Below are positions 42,129 through 52,452 of a stretch of 64,000 bases of DNA, piece by piece. The stretch comes from an uncultured Gemmatimonadaceae bacterium (lineage in GTDB: Bacteria > Gemmatimonadota > Gemmatimonadetes > Gemmatimonadales > Gemmatimonadaceae). The position numbers were made by a program, and so were the translations under genes. The stretch's first letter is position 1, and every line of letters starts with the position of its first letter. The notes below the pieces were generated by a model. That model did no database searches. It worked only from the letters and a program-made list of their open reading frames with translations, and was not told the DNA's origin. The stretch lies in contig CAWJMB010000002.1 in NCBI GenBank assembly GCA_963843845.1, positions 2,912,001-2,976,000 on the forward strand, given 5' to 3'.

Positions 42129-42210
42129 GTCCGCGCCCAACGGAACCCTGCGGGGCGAGACACGTAAATTATCGGTAGCGTTTGCCTCCGGCAACCCCGA
42201 TCCCGACCTC

Positions 42211-43512
42211 GTGCCCGTTCGCAAGACCCGACGATCGACGTCACGCACGGCGCTCGCGATCGCCGCACTAACCCTCGCCACCACAACCGCTTGCGGCGAC
42301 GGGCCGGCTCGCCTCGGCGCGACCGCGGCCACGGCGCGCGCCAACGCCGACGATCTCTTTCGCGGACTCGGCGTGCGCTTCGTGAACGTGCAGCGCACGC
42401 CGAAGTTCTCCGCCGCCCGCGCGAAGCTGTCGAAGCGCGCGCTGTCGCCGGGCTCGCTCGTCAACGACACGGCCGTGTGGACCGGCGCACCGACCTCGGC
42501 TGCGCGCATACTCGAGATCGAGGGGAGACCGGCGGGCGGCGGCTACCAGTTCGCGCCGCGCACCGGCGCCGCCGTACCGCGCCGGCCAGGCGAATCCCGC
42601 CACACCATCCGGCTCGAGCGGCTCACCGACAGCGACTACCGCTGGTCGACGCTCGTCGAGCACGCGGTCGGGGGCGTGGCGCCCAGCGACGCCGCGGCGG
42701 GGATGTCGGCGTGGCTCGCGAGCTTCGAGCGGAGCGCGACCGACCTCCGCGCGTCCCTCCGAACGACGCTCCCCCGCACGAGCGCCGCGCTCGGCAGGCT
42801 GTTCGTCCTCGACAGCGTGCGCACGACGCGCCTCGCCGATGCGTCGACGGTCGTCGATCTGCGCATCCGGGTCGAGGGAGAGCGCCTGAAGCCGGCGATG
42901 CCGGCGCTCGCGCGCTACGTCGACAAGTACGTCGAGCCGGCACGCTACGTCGTGCAGCTCGCCGACGCGCGCGGCGGCCGCTACCTGGATGCGCGCATGG
43001 ACGACGCCATCATGACGTTCCGCTTCCGCACTGCCGGCGGCCGTCTGCTCGCGCTCGACGGCCCGGCCCGCCCGCTCCCCGATTCGGCGCAGCTGCGTGT
43101 CGACGCGTTCGAGCACTTCTTCATCTTCGACGTCGGCGTCACGGCGATGGTCGGCGACTTCACCATGCTGCGCTCGGCGACCGCGCGCGGCTGGACGATG
43201 CGCTTCCGCCGAGCGCCGAAGTGGCACCTCCCCCTCGCCGTGAAGCACCTGATCTCCGGTCCGCTCGACCGCCCGTTCCAGGATCAGGGCATCCTGTTCA
43301 CCCTGCTGCTCCGCGACGACGGTGACCAGACGCTGCTCGTGCGACAGTTCGACGCGACGGTGCGCGAGAGTGCCATCGTGCGCTGGCTCGGCGGGCTGGG
43401 GGCCGGGGCGGCGGACGACTTCCAGGGGCGCACGGAGACCGAGGAGAATCGCTTCATCGCTGACGCCTTACTGGCCCTGCGCGCCGACATCATCGCGGCA
43501 CTCGGCGGCTGA
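42211..43512 (+). CDS. Hypothetical lipoprotein
   Basis: Basic N-region, hydrophobic stretch, TTAC lipobox-like; long GC3-rich ORF. Confidence 0.7.
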   Translation: MPVRKTRRSTSRTALAIAALTLATTTACGDGPARLGATAATARANADDLFRGLGVRFVNVQRTPKFSAARAKLSKRALSPGSLVNDTAVWTGAPTSAARILEIEGRPAGGGYQFAPRTGAAVPRRPGESRHTIRLERLTDSDYRWSTLVEHAVGGVAPSDAAAGMSAWLASFERSATDLRASLRTTLPRTSAALGRLFVLDSVRTTRLADASTVVDLRIRVEGERLKPAMPALARYVDKYVEPARYVVQLADARGGRYLDARMDDAIMTFRFRTAGGRLLALDGPARPLPDSAQLRVDAFEHFFIFDVGVTAMVGDFTMLRSATARGWTMRFRRAPKWHLPLAVKHLISGPLDRPFQDQGILFTLLLRDDGDQTLLVRQFDATVRESAIVRWLGGLGAGAADDFQGRTETEENRFIADALLALRADIIAALGG

Positions 43513-43560
43513 ACGGGCTCGAACGGCGGCAGGCCTCACGCCGTTCCAGGACGACGGCAA

Positions 43561-43594
43561 GAGCGCCGCGACTCGGCAGGGAGTCGCGGCGCTC
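43561..43594. terminator. Hairpin between lipoprotein gene and tRNA-Ala
   Basis: GAGCGCCGCGACTC/GAGTCGCGGCGCTC 14-bp stem. Confidence 0.65.
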
Positions 43595-43753
43595 AGCGTA
43601 TGTCGTCGGGATCGCGGGAGCTAGTCACGCGACCGCCGGAATGCGCTTGCCTCGCGCGCCGTCATTGGAACTCTACGTCCTACCGAGCGGCGGCGGGCAG
43701 TGATGTGTTCTACACCATGCGGCCTGAACTGTGCCGCGTCAAGACTGTTGCGA

Positions 43754-43826
43754 TGGAGCAGAGGGGGATCGAACCCCTGACCTCACCGATGCGAACGGTG
43801 CGCTCTCCCAGCTGAGCTACAGCCCC
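43754..43826 (-). tRNA. tRNA-Ala(CGC)
   Basis: GGGGCTGTAGCTCAGCTGGGAGAGCG, CACCG-TTCGCAT-CGGTG, G3:U70, GGTTCGAT. Confidence 0.95.
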
Positions 43827-43903
43827 AGGCGACGAAACGGCCCCGCGATGCGGGGCCGCTCGACCTTCCAAAGATAGCGAGCGTGCCTGCGTCGTCAAGC
43901 GTG

Positions 43904-44344
43904 TCAGGCACCGTCGGCTGGCTGGCCGGACGACGGCCGGACGTCACTCGAACGATCGACCGGAGCGTCGGCCGGCACGTCCCGCTCGTCGAACCCCCGC
44001 TCGCGCGGCGCATCGGCGAGTCCGCCATTCGCCTCGTCGCCGCGGCTGACGGCGCGCTGCATCTCACGATCGCTGCCCCCCACGTCCTCGCCACCCACGA
44101 CACGCTCCTGGCGACTCGCCCGGCTCCGCGACTCACCCCCTTCCCGACCGATCGCCGCCATGTGCGCACGATCGCGGCTCACGACGATCCCCCCCTTCTG
44201 CCCCGCCGAACGGGCCTCGTCCGAGCTCCATTCGTGTGCGGTCCCCTTCTCGTGCGCGGCCCGTCCGCCCTTGCTCGCGATCTCGCGCTGTCGCGAGGGG
44301 TCCATCGACGCGAAGCCGCGCTTGCTCTTTCCCGAACCGGCCAT
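43904..44344 (-). CDS. KGG-repeat general stress protein
   Basis: RGFASMD..RQREIASKGG, AGQKGG, IGREGG. Confidence 0.9.
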   Translation of the reverse strand: MAGSGKSKRGFASMDPSRQREIASKGGRAAHEKGTAHEWSSDEARSAGQKGGIVVSRDRAHMAAIGREGGESRSRASRQERVVGGEDVGGSDREMQRAVSRGDEANGGLADAPRERGFDERDVPADAPVDRSSDVRPSSGQPADGA

Positions 44345-44489
44345 ACAGCCTCCCGCGGGTCGTAAAGGTCAGGCGGCCCCCCTGTAGCCGCTTGTCCCTC
44401 GTAAAGTGCGGCGTTGCCGCCACAGTGTCCAGTCACGACGTGCGCGTTGCCACACACGACGACAACCCGGCGCACGAGGCACCCGCCCC

Positions 44490-45464
44490 TCACCCCGCAA
44501 CCGTCTCGCCGCCGAGTAGTGTGAGCACCTCGCCGGTGATGTAGCTCGAGTCGGCGTTGGAGGCGAAGAAGACGTAGGCCGGCGCGACTTCCTCGGGCTG
44601 CCCCGGCCGCTTCATCGGCTGCTCCTGACCGAACTCGGCCACTTGCTCGGCGGGCTTGGACTGCGGGTTGAGGGGCGTCCAGATCGGGCCGGGAGCCACG
44701 CAGTTCACCCGGATCTTTCGCGACACGAGGCTCTGCGCGAGCGACTTCGTGAAGGCGTGGATCGCCCCTTTCGTCGACGCGTAGTCGATCAGCGTCCTGG
44801 CGCCCTCGAGTCCGGTGATCGAGCCGGTGTTGATGATCGAGCCGCCGTGCGGCAGGTGCTCGAGCGCGGCTTTCGCGAACCAGAAGTACGCGAAGATGTT
44901 CGTCGTGAACGTCTTCTCCCACTCGGCGTCGTCGATCTCGGCGATCGAGTCCTTGTCCTTCTGATGGGCCGCGTTGTTGACGAGGATGTCGAGCCCGCCG
45001 AGCTCGTCGACGGTGCGGCGAACGGCGTCGCGACAGAACGCGGCACTCGTCACGTCGCCAGCGATGCGCACGCACCGGCGTCCGAGCGCCTCGATCGCCT
45101 GCGCGATCTCGGCCGCGTCCGCCTCTTCCTCCTCCAGGTAGACGATCGCGACGTCCGCGCCCTCACGCGCGAACAGCCAGGCTACCGCGCGCCCGATCCC
45201 CGAGTCGCCGCCCGTGATGAGCGCGCGCTTTCCATCGAGCTTCCCGGCCTCGCGATAGGACGGCGCGCGCCACTGCGGCTGGAGTCGCAAGTCGCGCTCG
45301 CTCCCCGGCTCCTCCTGATGCTGCGCCGGCATCTTCGACGGGTGCTGGTCGATGCGCCGGTCGGGGTCGCTGCTCTCCGCGCCCGCGGCGCGCGCGCGCG
45401 CGATCTCGTCGCGCAGTGGGTCGCCGTGCGGGGACGTGCTCGAGCTATCGTCGCTGTGTGGCAT
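44490..45464 (-). CDS. SDR oxidoreductase (YdaD/YghA general-stress type)
   Basis: TGGDSGIG, NNAA, YASTK, APGPIWTP. Confidence 0.92.
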   Translation of the reverse strand: MPHSDDSSSTSPHGDPLRDEIARARAAGAESSDPDRRIDQHPSKMPAQHQEEPGSERDLRLQPQWRAPSYREAGKLDGKRALITGGDSGIGRAVAWLFAREGADVAIVYLEEEEADAAEIAQAIEALGRRCVRIAGDVTSAAFCRDAVRRTVDELGGLDILVNNAAHQKDKDSIAEIDDAEWEKTFTTNIFAYFWFAKAALEHLPHGGSIINTGSITGLEGARTLIDYASTKGAIHAFTKSLAQSLVSRKIRVNCVAPGPIWTPLNPQSKPAEQVAEFGQEQPMKRPGQPEEVAPAYVFFASNADSSYITGEVLTLLGGETVAG

Positions 45465-45534
45465 CGCGTGAGGTGATTGAAGGAGCGCGTCGGAAGTGCA
45501 GGGGGCGGGCCGCCCGTCGATAGATTGCCGCCCC

Positions 45535-46464
45535 ATGTCGCTCACGATTCGCTTCCTCGGCACCGCCGCCGCACGGCCGACGGTCGAACGCAACGTCTCG
45601 TCGCTCGCCGTCATCCGGGGCGGAGAGACGCTGCTCGTCGACTGCGGCGAGGGGACGCAGCGGCAGATGATGCGGTACGGAATCACGTTCGCGTTCGACG
45701 ACGTGTTCTTCACGCACATGCATACCGACCACGTGCTCGGCGTCATCGGTCTCACGCGGACGCTGCAGCTCGGCGGACGCACGGAGCCGCTGCGGCTGTG
45801 GGGGCCGCGCGGCTCGGGGCGGCAGCTCCGCGAGGCGATCGCGTTCGGCGGCGACCGGCTCGGCTTTCCCGTCGAGATCGTGGAGGTCGAGCCGCTGACG
45901 CCGATCGCGCGAACCGACTACGCGATCGTTCCGTTCGCGGTCGACCACCGCACGCAGGCCGTCGGCTACGCGTTCGTCGAGGAGGAGCGCCGCGGGCGCT
46001 TCAACCCCGATCTGGCGCGATCGTTAGGCGTTCCCGAGGGACCGCTGTGGGGGCGGCTCCACCGCGGCGAGGTCATCACGCTCGACGACGGCACCGTCGT
46101 CGATCCCGCGGTGCTCGTCGGCGCCACGCGCCCCGGCCGCAGAGTCGTCGTGACCGGCGACACGCGCCCGAGCCCGACGACGGTCGAGATGGCGCGCGGC
46201 GCCGATCTCCTCGTGCACGAGGCGACGTTCGCCGAGGAGGAGGCGGAGCGCGCCGTGGACACCGGTCACTCGACGGCGCGCGAGGCGGCGAGCGTGGCGC
46301 GCGACGCGGCGGCGCTGCGGCTCGTGCTCACGCACATCTCCGCGCGCTACTCGGCGGACACCCGCGATCTCGAGCGCGAGGCGCGCAACGTCTTCCCCGC
46401 GACGTCGATCGCGAAGGACGGCACGGAGATCGTCGTACCGTTTCGCGACGAGCCGAGCGCCTGA
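45535..46464 (+). CDS. rnz: Ribonuclease Z
   Basis: FLGT..ARP, DCGEGTQ, THMHTDH, GVPEGP exosite, TGDT, HEAT, GHST, THISARY. Confidence 0.95.
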   Translation: MSLTIRFLGTAAARPTVERNVSSLAVIRGGETLLVDCGEGTQRQMMRYGITFAFDDVFFTHMHTDHVLGVIGLTRTLQLGGRTEPLRLWGPRGSGRQLREAIAFGGDRLGFPVEIVEVEPLTPIARTDYAIVPFAVDHRTQAVGYAFVEEERRGRFNPDLARSLGVPEGPLWGRLHRGEVITLDDGTVVDPAVLVGATRPGRRVVVTGDTRPSPTTVEMARGADLLVHEATFAEEEAERAVDTGHSTAREAASVARDAAALRLVLTHISARYSADTRDLEREARNVFPATSIAKDGTEIVVPFRDEPSA

Positions 46465-46483
46465 CGGCTGGCCGTCGCACGGA

Positions 46484-46795
46484 TCACAGCGGCGACAGCC
46501 GCGGCACCGTGCTCGCGATCGGCATCGACTTGCGGAACAGCGTCCGCAGCTGCTCCGCGGTCAGGCTCGCGAGCACGTCGGCCGGATCGAGGCGGGCCGT
46601 CACGTCGCTCGCCTCCGGGCCGCTGCTCAGGTACCAGGCGTAGCGGTCGCGTGCGGTGGTCGTGTGGTGGGGGTGATGAAACACGACCATCGCGTTCGAC
46701 GCGCTCGGAGAGCGGACTTCGACGCGCCAGACGGCGCCGTCCGGCGCGGCGTAGTCGCGGTATTTCGGTCGCTTGCTGAACAGCGCCCAGATCAT
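46484..46795 (-). CDS. Small hypothetical protein
   Basis: RDY..PDG.VWRV...VVF...LTAEQL..LF..S pattern. Confidence 0.65.
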   Translation of the reverse strand: MIWALFSKRPKYRDYAAPDGAVWRVEVRSPSASNAMVVFHHPHHTTTARDRYAWYLSSGPEASDVTARLDPADVLASLTAEQLRTLFRKSMPIASTVPRLSPL

Positions 46796-46817
46796 CGCGG
46801 GGCCTCGAGAGCGGTCG

Positions 46818-47345
46818 TCATGCGCGAACAGTAACGGCGTCGGGCTCGTCGGACGCGCCGGCGTGGCGCGCCTCGGCGTCACGCTCCTCGAGGCGACGCT
46901 GGCGGCGCGCGCGCGCGGCCTCGTTCCGGCGAACCTCGTCGTCGGTCTCGGGGCGCAGCGGCGGGACGTCGAGCGGACGGCCGTTGCGATCGATCGCGAC
47001 GAAGGTGAGGTAGCACGAGTTCGTGTGGCGGCGGCGCCCCGTCGTGAGCTCCTCCGCCTCGATGCGCACGCCCACCTCCATCGACGTGCGGCCGACGAAG
47101 TTCACGCTCGCCTTCATCACCACGAGGTCGCCGACGTGGATCGGCTCGCGGAAGTCGACGCGGTCGATGCTGACGGTGACGCAGGCGGCGCGCGCGTGGC
47201 GGAACGCCGCGACGGCGGCGGCCTTGTCCATCATCGAGAGGATGACGCCGCCGAACACGTGGCCGAGCACGTTCGCGTCGTGCGGCATCATCAGCTCGGA
47301 GGTCTCATGCTGGCTCTCACGGGGAGAGCGGCTGGCGAAGGTCAT
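46818..47345 (-). CDS. Acyl-CoA thioesterase (hotdog fold)
   Basis: PHDANVLGHVFGG..L..MD, GRTSMEV, TFVAID. Confidence 0.92.
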   Translation of the reverse strand: MTFASRSPRESQHETSELMMPHDANVLGHVFGGVILSMMDKAAAVAAFRHARAACVTVSIDRVDFREPIHVGDLVVMKASVNFVGRTSMEVGVRIEAEELTTGRRRHTNSCYLTFVAIDRNGRPLDVPPLRPETDDEVRRNEAARARRQRRLEERDAEARHAGASDEPDAVTVRA

Positions 47346-47350
47346 GACGA

Positions 47351-48622
47351 TTACCTGGTCGTCCCTCGCTGGGCGCGGGGCGACGACGGTGGTGGTCGGT
47401 ACGTGACACGGGAGAGGCGCGACGCGAGAGCGCGGCGCGCGTTCGACGCCGAGATCGCGTCGGCGCCGTACTGCGCGCTCTCGTTGAACGCCCGCGTGAG
47501 CGCGCGGCGCCCGCCCGCGTCGAGACGCGCGCGGTCGAGCGAGTAGAGCTGGCGCACCGGCGCCGGAACGCGGGCGAGCGGCCACTCGGCACGGGCGGCA
47601 TCGCGCCGCGTCCGCGCGCGGAGCACGAGCGCGGCCGTCGTCTCGGTGCCCGACGGTCGCGCGATGACGTCGGCCGAGTCGAGCGTCCAGCGCGACGTGT
47701 CGTGCGTGGCGACGGGAAGCGTCTGCGCGACGTCGGTGCTCCACCACGCGGGAGCGGCGCCGGGCACCGCGATCGGCGGCAGCGACAGCGTGACGTCGTG
47801 GCCGTCGACGTCGCGCCCGACGGCGACGAACGTCACGGCCGGACGCGGGCCGTCGTTCGCGAGACCGAAGTTGTCGGCGGCGAAGCGGAACGACGGCAGC
47901 GCGTGCAGCGCGCGCACGCCGGCCTCGTCGTCGGCGCTGCCGCCTCTGGCGAGTGTCTGGACCGAGTCGAGCGCGCGGCCTAACGCGACGCGCCCGGCCG
48001 CGGCGAGGGAGTCGGCGGCCGGCCGGCCGAAGAGCGCGGCGAGCGACACCGTCGTCGCCGACCGCAGATCGATGACGACCCGGCGCGTCGAATGGCGCTC
48101 GGCGATCCCGGCGCCGTCGACGTCGGCGAACGCGTCGTAGGTGAGATAGGGGCCGTGCACGTCGACGAGCGAGACGTCGGCGATCGCCGACGTGTGCGGT
48201 CGCTCCGCGGTGTCGTCGTCGGGGGCGAGCGGCGTCTCGTGCGGGTGCGCGTCGCCGTACCGTCGCGCGAGCGCGGGGACGAGCGAGTCCACCGCGACGG
48301 CGGTCGAGTCGCCGCCGAGGAGGTCGCGGCGGTAGATGCGCTGCGAGGCGAACACCGCGTCGTGATACGAGCGGTCGTCGTCGGTCGCGTAGATCTCGTA
48401 CGTGCGTCCGCCGTAGTGTGCGATGAGCATCGGCGACGACCGCACACGGACACGCGCCGAGTCGGTCGCGATCCAGAACGTCGAGTCGCCGGCGCTGAGC
48501 AGGAACTCCGCCGCCGGCCGGCGGGATGCGGCGCCCTCGCCGCCCCGCTCGCCCGCCCCGCAGGCGAGCGTCGCGGCGAGCAGCGCGAGCGAGGCGCGTG
48601 GTCCAGAGCGAGGCAACGTCAT
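47351..48622 (-). CDS. Hypothetical lipoprotein
   Basis: LLAATLAC lipobox; long ORF. Confidence 0.65.
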   Translation of the reverse strand: MTLPRSGPRASLALLAATLACGAGERGGEGAASRRPAAEFLLSAGDSTFWIATDSARVRVRSSPMLIAHYGGRTYEIYATDDDRSYHDAVFASQRIYRRDLLGGDSTAVAVDSLVPALARRYGDAHPHETPLAPDDDTAERPHTSAIADVSLVDVHGPYLTYDAFADVDGAGIAERHSTRRVVIDLRSATTVSLAALFGRPAADSLAAAGRVALGRALDSVQTLARGGSADDEAGVRALHALPSFRFAADNFGLANDGPRPAVTFVAVGRDVDGHDVTLSLPPIAVPGAAPAWWSTDVAQTLPVATHDTSRWTLDSADVIARPSGTETTAALVLRARTRRDAARAEWPLARVPAPVRQLYSLDRARLDAGGRRALTRAFNESAQYGADAISASNARRALASRLSRVTYRPPPSSPRAQRGTTR

Positions 48623-48672
48623 CGGTGTAAATATAGTTCCGCCCGGTTCGGTCCCGTCTCACGCCTTCGCTC

Positions 48673-49977
48673 ATGCCGTTCTCGCTCGCCGCACGTCGCA
48701 CGACGTCGCCCGCGTTCACCCGCGCCCTCCTCACGGTCGCCATGCACGCGATCGCCACGCTCGCGCTCGCCGCGTGTGACACCGGCTCGCGCGCCGACGC
48801 CGCGCAGACCGCGGTGCGCGACGCTGCCGCAGGCCGCACGACGGCCGACACGGTGGCGACCGCGCCGTCGAGCACATCCTCGCCGACACCGACCGACACC
48901 GCGGCCGCCCGCCTCGCGCGCAACGACGGGCCGGCGCCGGCGGTCCGCGCTCTGTACGTGAACCGGTTCGCCGCGCAGAGCACGAAGCGCATGCGGCACT
49001 ACATCGCGCTCGCCGACTCGACCGAGATCAACGCGCTCGTCATCGACATCAAAGACGAGTTCGGGTTGAACTATCGCTCGGCGGTGCCGTCGATCGCGGA
49101 GAACTCCGGTACGATGGGGAAGCTGCGCGACGTCAAGGCGCTCGTCGACACGCTGCGCGCACACGGGATCCTGCCCATCGCGCGCATCGTCGTGTTCAAG
49201 GACTCGGTGACGGCGCGCGTGCACCCCGAGTGGACGATCCGCCGTGCCGACGGCTCGGCGTGGCGCGATCACAAGGGGCTCGCGTGGGTGAACCCGTATC
49301 ACCACGAGCTGTGGGACTACAACATCGGCGTGGCCGAGGAGATGGCGAAGCTCGGCTTCGGCGAAGTGCAGTTCGACTACATCCGCTTTCCCGAGCCGTA
49401 CAAGTCGCTGCCGCAGCAGATCTTTCCCGGGGCGAGCAACGTCGCGAAGCCGGACGCGATCGCCGCGTTCCTGAAGGAGGCGAACGAGCGGCTCGACAAG
49501 CTCGGCGTGCGCACGACGGCGGACATCTTCGGGCTCGTGACGACGGTCGGCGGGCCCCTCGAGGTCGCGCAGCACTGGGAGCGGCTCTCGCCGGTGACCG
49601 ACGTGCTGCTCCCGATGGTGTACCCGTCGCACTACCCGCGCGGCAGCTTCGGCATCCCGGTACCGAACGCGGACCCGTACCGCACGATCAACATCGCGAT
49701 CAGCCGCGCGCGCGAGCGCGACGAGAAGCTCGGCATCACGGCGGCGACGGCGGGGGAGCACGTGCGGCCGTGGCTGCAGGCGTTCTCGTTGGGCAAGCCC
49801 GAGTACGGCGCCGAGCAGGTACGGCAGCAGAAGCAGGCCGTGTACGACGCGGGCTACGACGGGTGGGTGCTCTGGCACCCCGGCTCGAAGTACGAGCCGT
49901 TCGAGGCGGCGCTCGAGCGCGGCGAGCTCGTGTCGCGCAAGAAGGCGCAGCCGACGGCGTCGAAGGGGATCGAGTGA
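48673..49977 (+). CDS. Putative glycoside hydrolase (DUF4015-like), lipoprotein
   Basis: INALVIDIKD, ARIVVFKD, EVQFDYIRFP, PMVYPSHY, RPWLQAF. Confidence 0.85.
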   Translation: MPFSLAARRTTSPAFTRALLTVAMHAIATLALAACDTGSRADAAQTAVRDAAAGRTTADTVATAPSSTSSPTPTDTAAARLARNDGPAPAVRALYVNRFAAQSTKRMRHYIALADSTEINALVIDIKDEFGLNYRSAVPSIAENSGTMGKLRDVKALVDTLRAHGILPIARIVVFKDSVTARVHPEWTIRRADGSAWRDHKGLAWVNPYHHELWDYNIGVAEEMAKLGFGEVQFDYIRFPEPYKSLPQQIFPGASNVAKPDAIAAFLKEANERLDKLGVRTTADIFGLVTTVGGPLEVAQHWERLSPVTDVLLPMVYPSHYPRGSFGIPVPNADPYRTINIAISRARERDEKLGITAATAGEHVRPWLQAFSLGKPEYGAEQVRQQKQAVYDAGYDGWVLWHPGSKYEPFEAALERGELVSRKKAQPTASKGIE

Positions 49978-50016
49978 CGTGCACGACCGCACGAGCGGCC
50001 TGATCCGTCCCGCCTG

Positions 50017-52370
50017 ATGCGACGCGCCGCGCTCCGGCTCGCGGCGGGCGCCCTCTTCTGGGCGGGGAGCGCCGCGATCGTCGCGGCGGGCGCGTTCGCG
50101 TGCGGCGGATCGTCGCGCGACGACGCGGCGCTGTGGGGCGACGTGGCGTCCGGCGCCGCGCGGATCGCGCTACCGTCACCGTCGGACGACGCGCCGAGCG
50201 AGCGCGTCGCGCGCGCCGACTTCGCGGGGGCGGCGACGTGCGCGGCGTGCCACGCGACGCAGTCGGCCGCGTGGTCGCGGTCGACGCACGGGCGGGCGGG
50301 CGGCGTACCGTCGCCGTCGCTCGTGATCGCACCGTTCGACGGCACGCCGATTCGGTTCCGGAACGCGACGGTGATCCCGTCGAGCGCGGGCGGGCGATAC
50401 GCGTTCACGGTGCGGCAGGCGGGGGAGCCGGACGTGACGTGGCCCGTCACCGCGGTCGTCGGCGGCGGGCACATGCGCGGCGGCGGCACGCAGGGGTTCG
50501 TGACGCGGTGGGGGGACGGCACGCTCCGCTTTCTGCCGTTCGACTGGTCGCGGTCGTCTGGCACGTGGTTCTGCAACACGACGACGCGCGGCGCACAAGG
50601 CTGGACGCCGATCACGGCGGAGCTGCCGATCGAGGCGTGCGCCGACTGGACGCCGACGCGCGTGCTGGGCGACGAGCCTCGCTTCACGAACTGCCAGGGA
50701 TGTCACGCGAGCCGGGTGACCGTGGCGCTCGATACGGCCGCGCGCGCGTACCGCACCGAGCTCGCGACGCTCGCGATCGACTGCGAGTCGTGCCACGGCC
50801 CCGCGCGCGCGCACGCCGCGGCGCCGACCACGACGCCGATGCGGAAGCTCGGCGCGTCGGCAAGGACGCGTCGATCGAGACGTGCGCGTCGTGCCACGCG
50901 ACGAAGGCGCGGCTGGCCGGTGGCGCGCGCGGCGCACCGTACCTCCCGGGCGGCGCGCTGAGCGCGCACTACTCGCCGCGGCTCGCGGTGCTCGGCGATT
51001 CGTTGCTGCACCCTGACGGGCGGACGCGAACGTTCGCCTATCAGGAAGGGCACATGTGGAGCGACTGCTACGTCAACGGGCCGATGACGTGCACCAGCTG
51101 CCACGACCCGCACTCGCAGGGCTACCGGGACGTCGCCCGCCGACCGCTCGCGAGTCCCTACGACGACGGGCAGTGCACGGGCTGCCACACGGCCCTCGGG
51201 GCGACGCCGGCCGCGGTACAGGAGCACACGAAGCACGGGCCGTCGTCGGCCGGAAGTCGCTGCGTCGCGTGCCACATGCCGTACGTGCAGGAGCGCGCGG
51301 TCGGCACGCGCATCCGGTACGGGCGCTCGGACCACACGACGTCGATCCCCCGGCCGGCGTTCGACGACTCGCTCGGGGTGCCGAACGCTTGCGCGAACTG
51401 CCACCGCGACCGCTCGGCGGCTCAGCTCGAGGCAGACGAGCGGCGACTCTGGGGAGCGATCAAGCCGCTCCCGGCCGTCGTCGCCGCGCTCGCGCGCGCG
51501 GAGCGGGCGCCCGACGACGGGGATGCGACGGCCGCGCTGCTGGACACGACGACGCGCCACGTCGCGGCACAGTACGCGGCGCTCGCACTGTTCGCGACGC
51601 GGCTCCGGGCGCCAGACCCCGAGGCGTTCGACGGCGGCTCGCTGCTGCGGCTGCGCGCGCTCGCGCGCGCCGCCGATCTCGACGTGCGCGCGCTCGCTCT
51701 CGCGACGCTGCATTTCGCGGGCGGCGAGCGCACCGGCGTGCGCCGCTTCCTCGCCGAGCGCCTGACGGCGGATTCGCAGCCCGCACTGCTGCGTGCGCGG
51801 TGGGCGACGGCGCTCGGCGCGCTCGCCGACGCGGCGCGGGATCGGGGGGACGTGCGCGCCGCGGCGACGACGCTGCGCAAGGCGATCGAGGTGCGTCCGA
51901 GCGACGCGCGACTGCACGCGGCGTTAGGCCGGGCGCTCGTCGCGCAGGGTGACGCGCAGAGCGGCACGGCGGCGTACGAGCGGTCGCTGTCGCTCGACCC
52001 GGCCCAGCCCCTCGTCCTCGTCGACCTCGGCGTCGCGCGTGAGGTGGCGCAGGACGGAACGGGCGCGGTGAGCGCGTACCAGCGGGCGCTCGCGCTGAAC
52101 GCGCACGAGCCGCTCGCGCTCGCGAACCTCGGCAACGCCTACCTCCGCGCGGGCGAGCCGGCCGCCGCGGCGCCACTCTACCGCCGCGCGCTCGCCGAGG
52201 ACGCGTCGCTCGCCAGCGTGCACTTCTCCCTCGCCCAGGCGTTGGGCCAGCAGGGCGACGCGGCGGGCGCGCTGCGCGCGCTGCGCCGCGGGCTCGCGTT
52301 CGACTCGAGCGACGCGAACGTGCGCGGCCTGGCGGACGAGCTGACTCGTCGGCTCGGGACGATGCCGTAG
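50017..52370 (+). CDS. Multiheme c-type cytochrome with C-terminal TPRs, frameshift near 50855
   Basis: Eight CxxCH motifs across two frames, then TPR repeats. Confidence 0.85.
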
Positions 52371-52452
52371 CCCGCCCCTCCCCCGCGCGCCGGCCCCCGC
52401 GGAGCGAGGACCCGCGTTCACCCCCGGCGATGCCTCGCCGCGCTCGGAGCGA

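Noticed and set aside
42056..43826. Genomic island integrated at the tRNAs
   Set aside because: No integrase and no duplicated tRNA 3' end; intervening gene has host-like composition; only a short lower-GC patch at ~43600-43750
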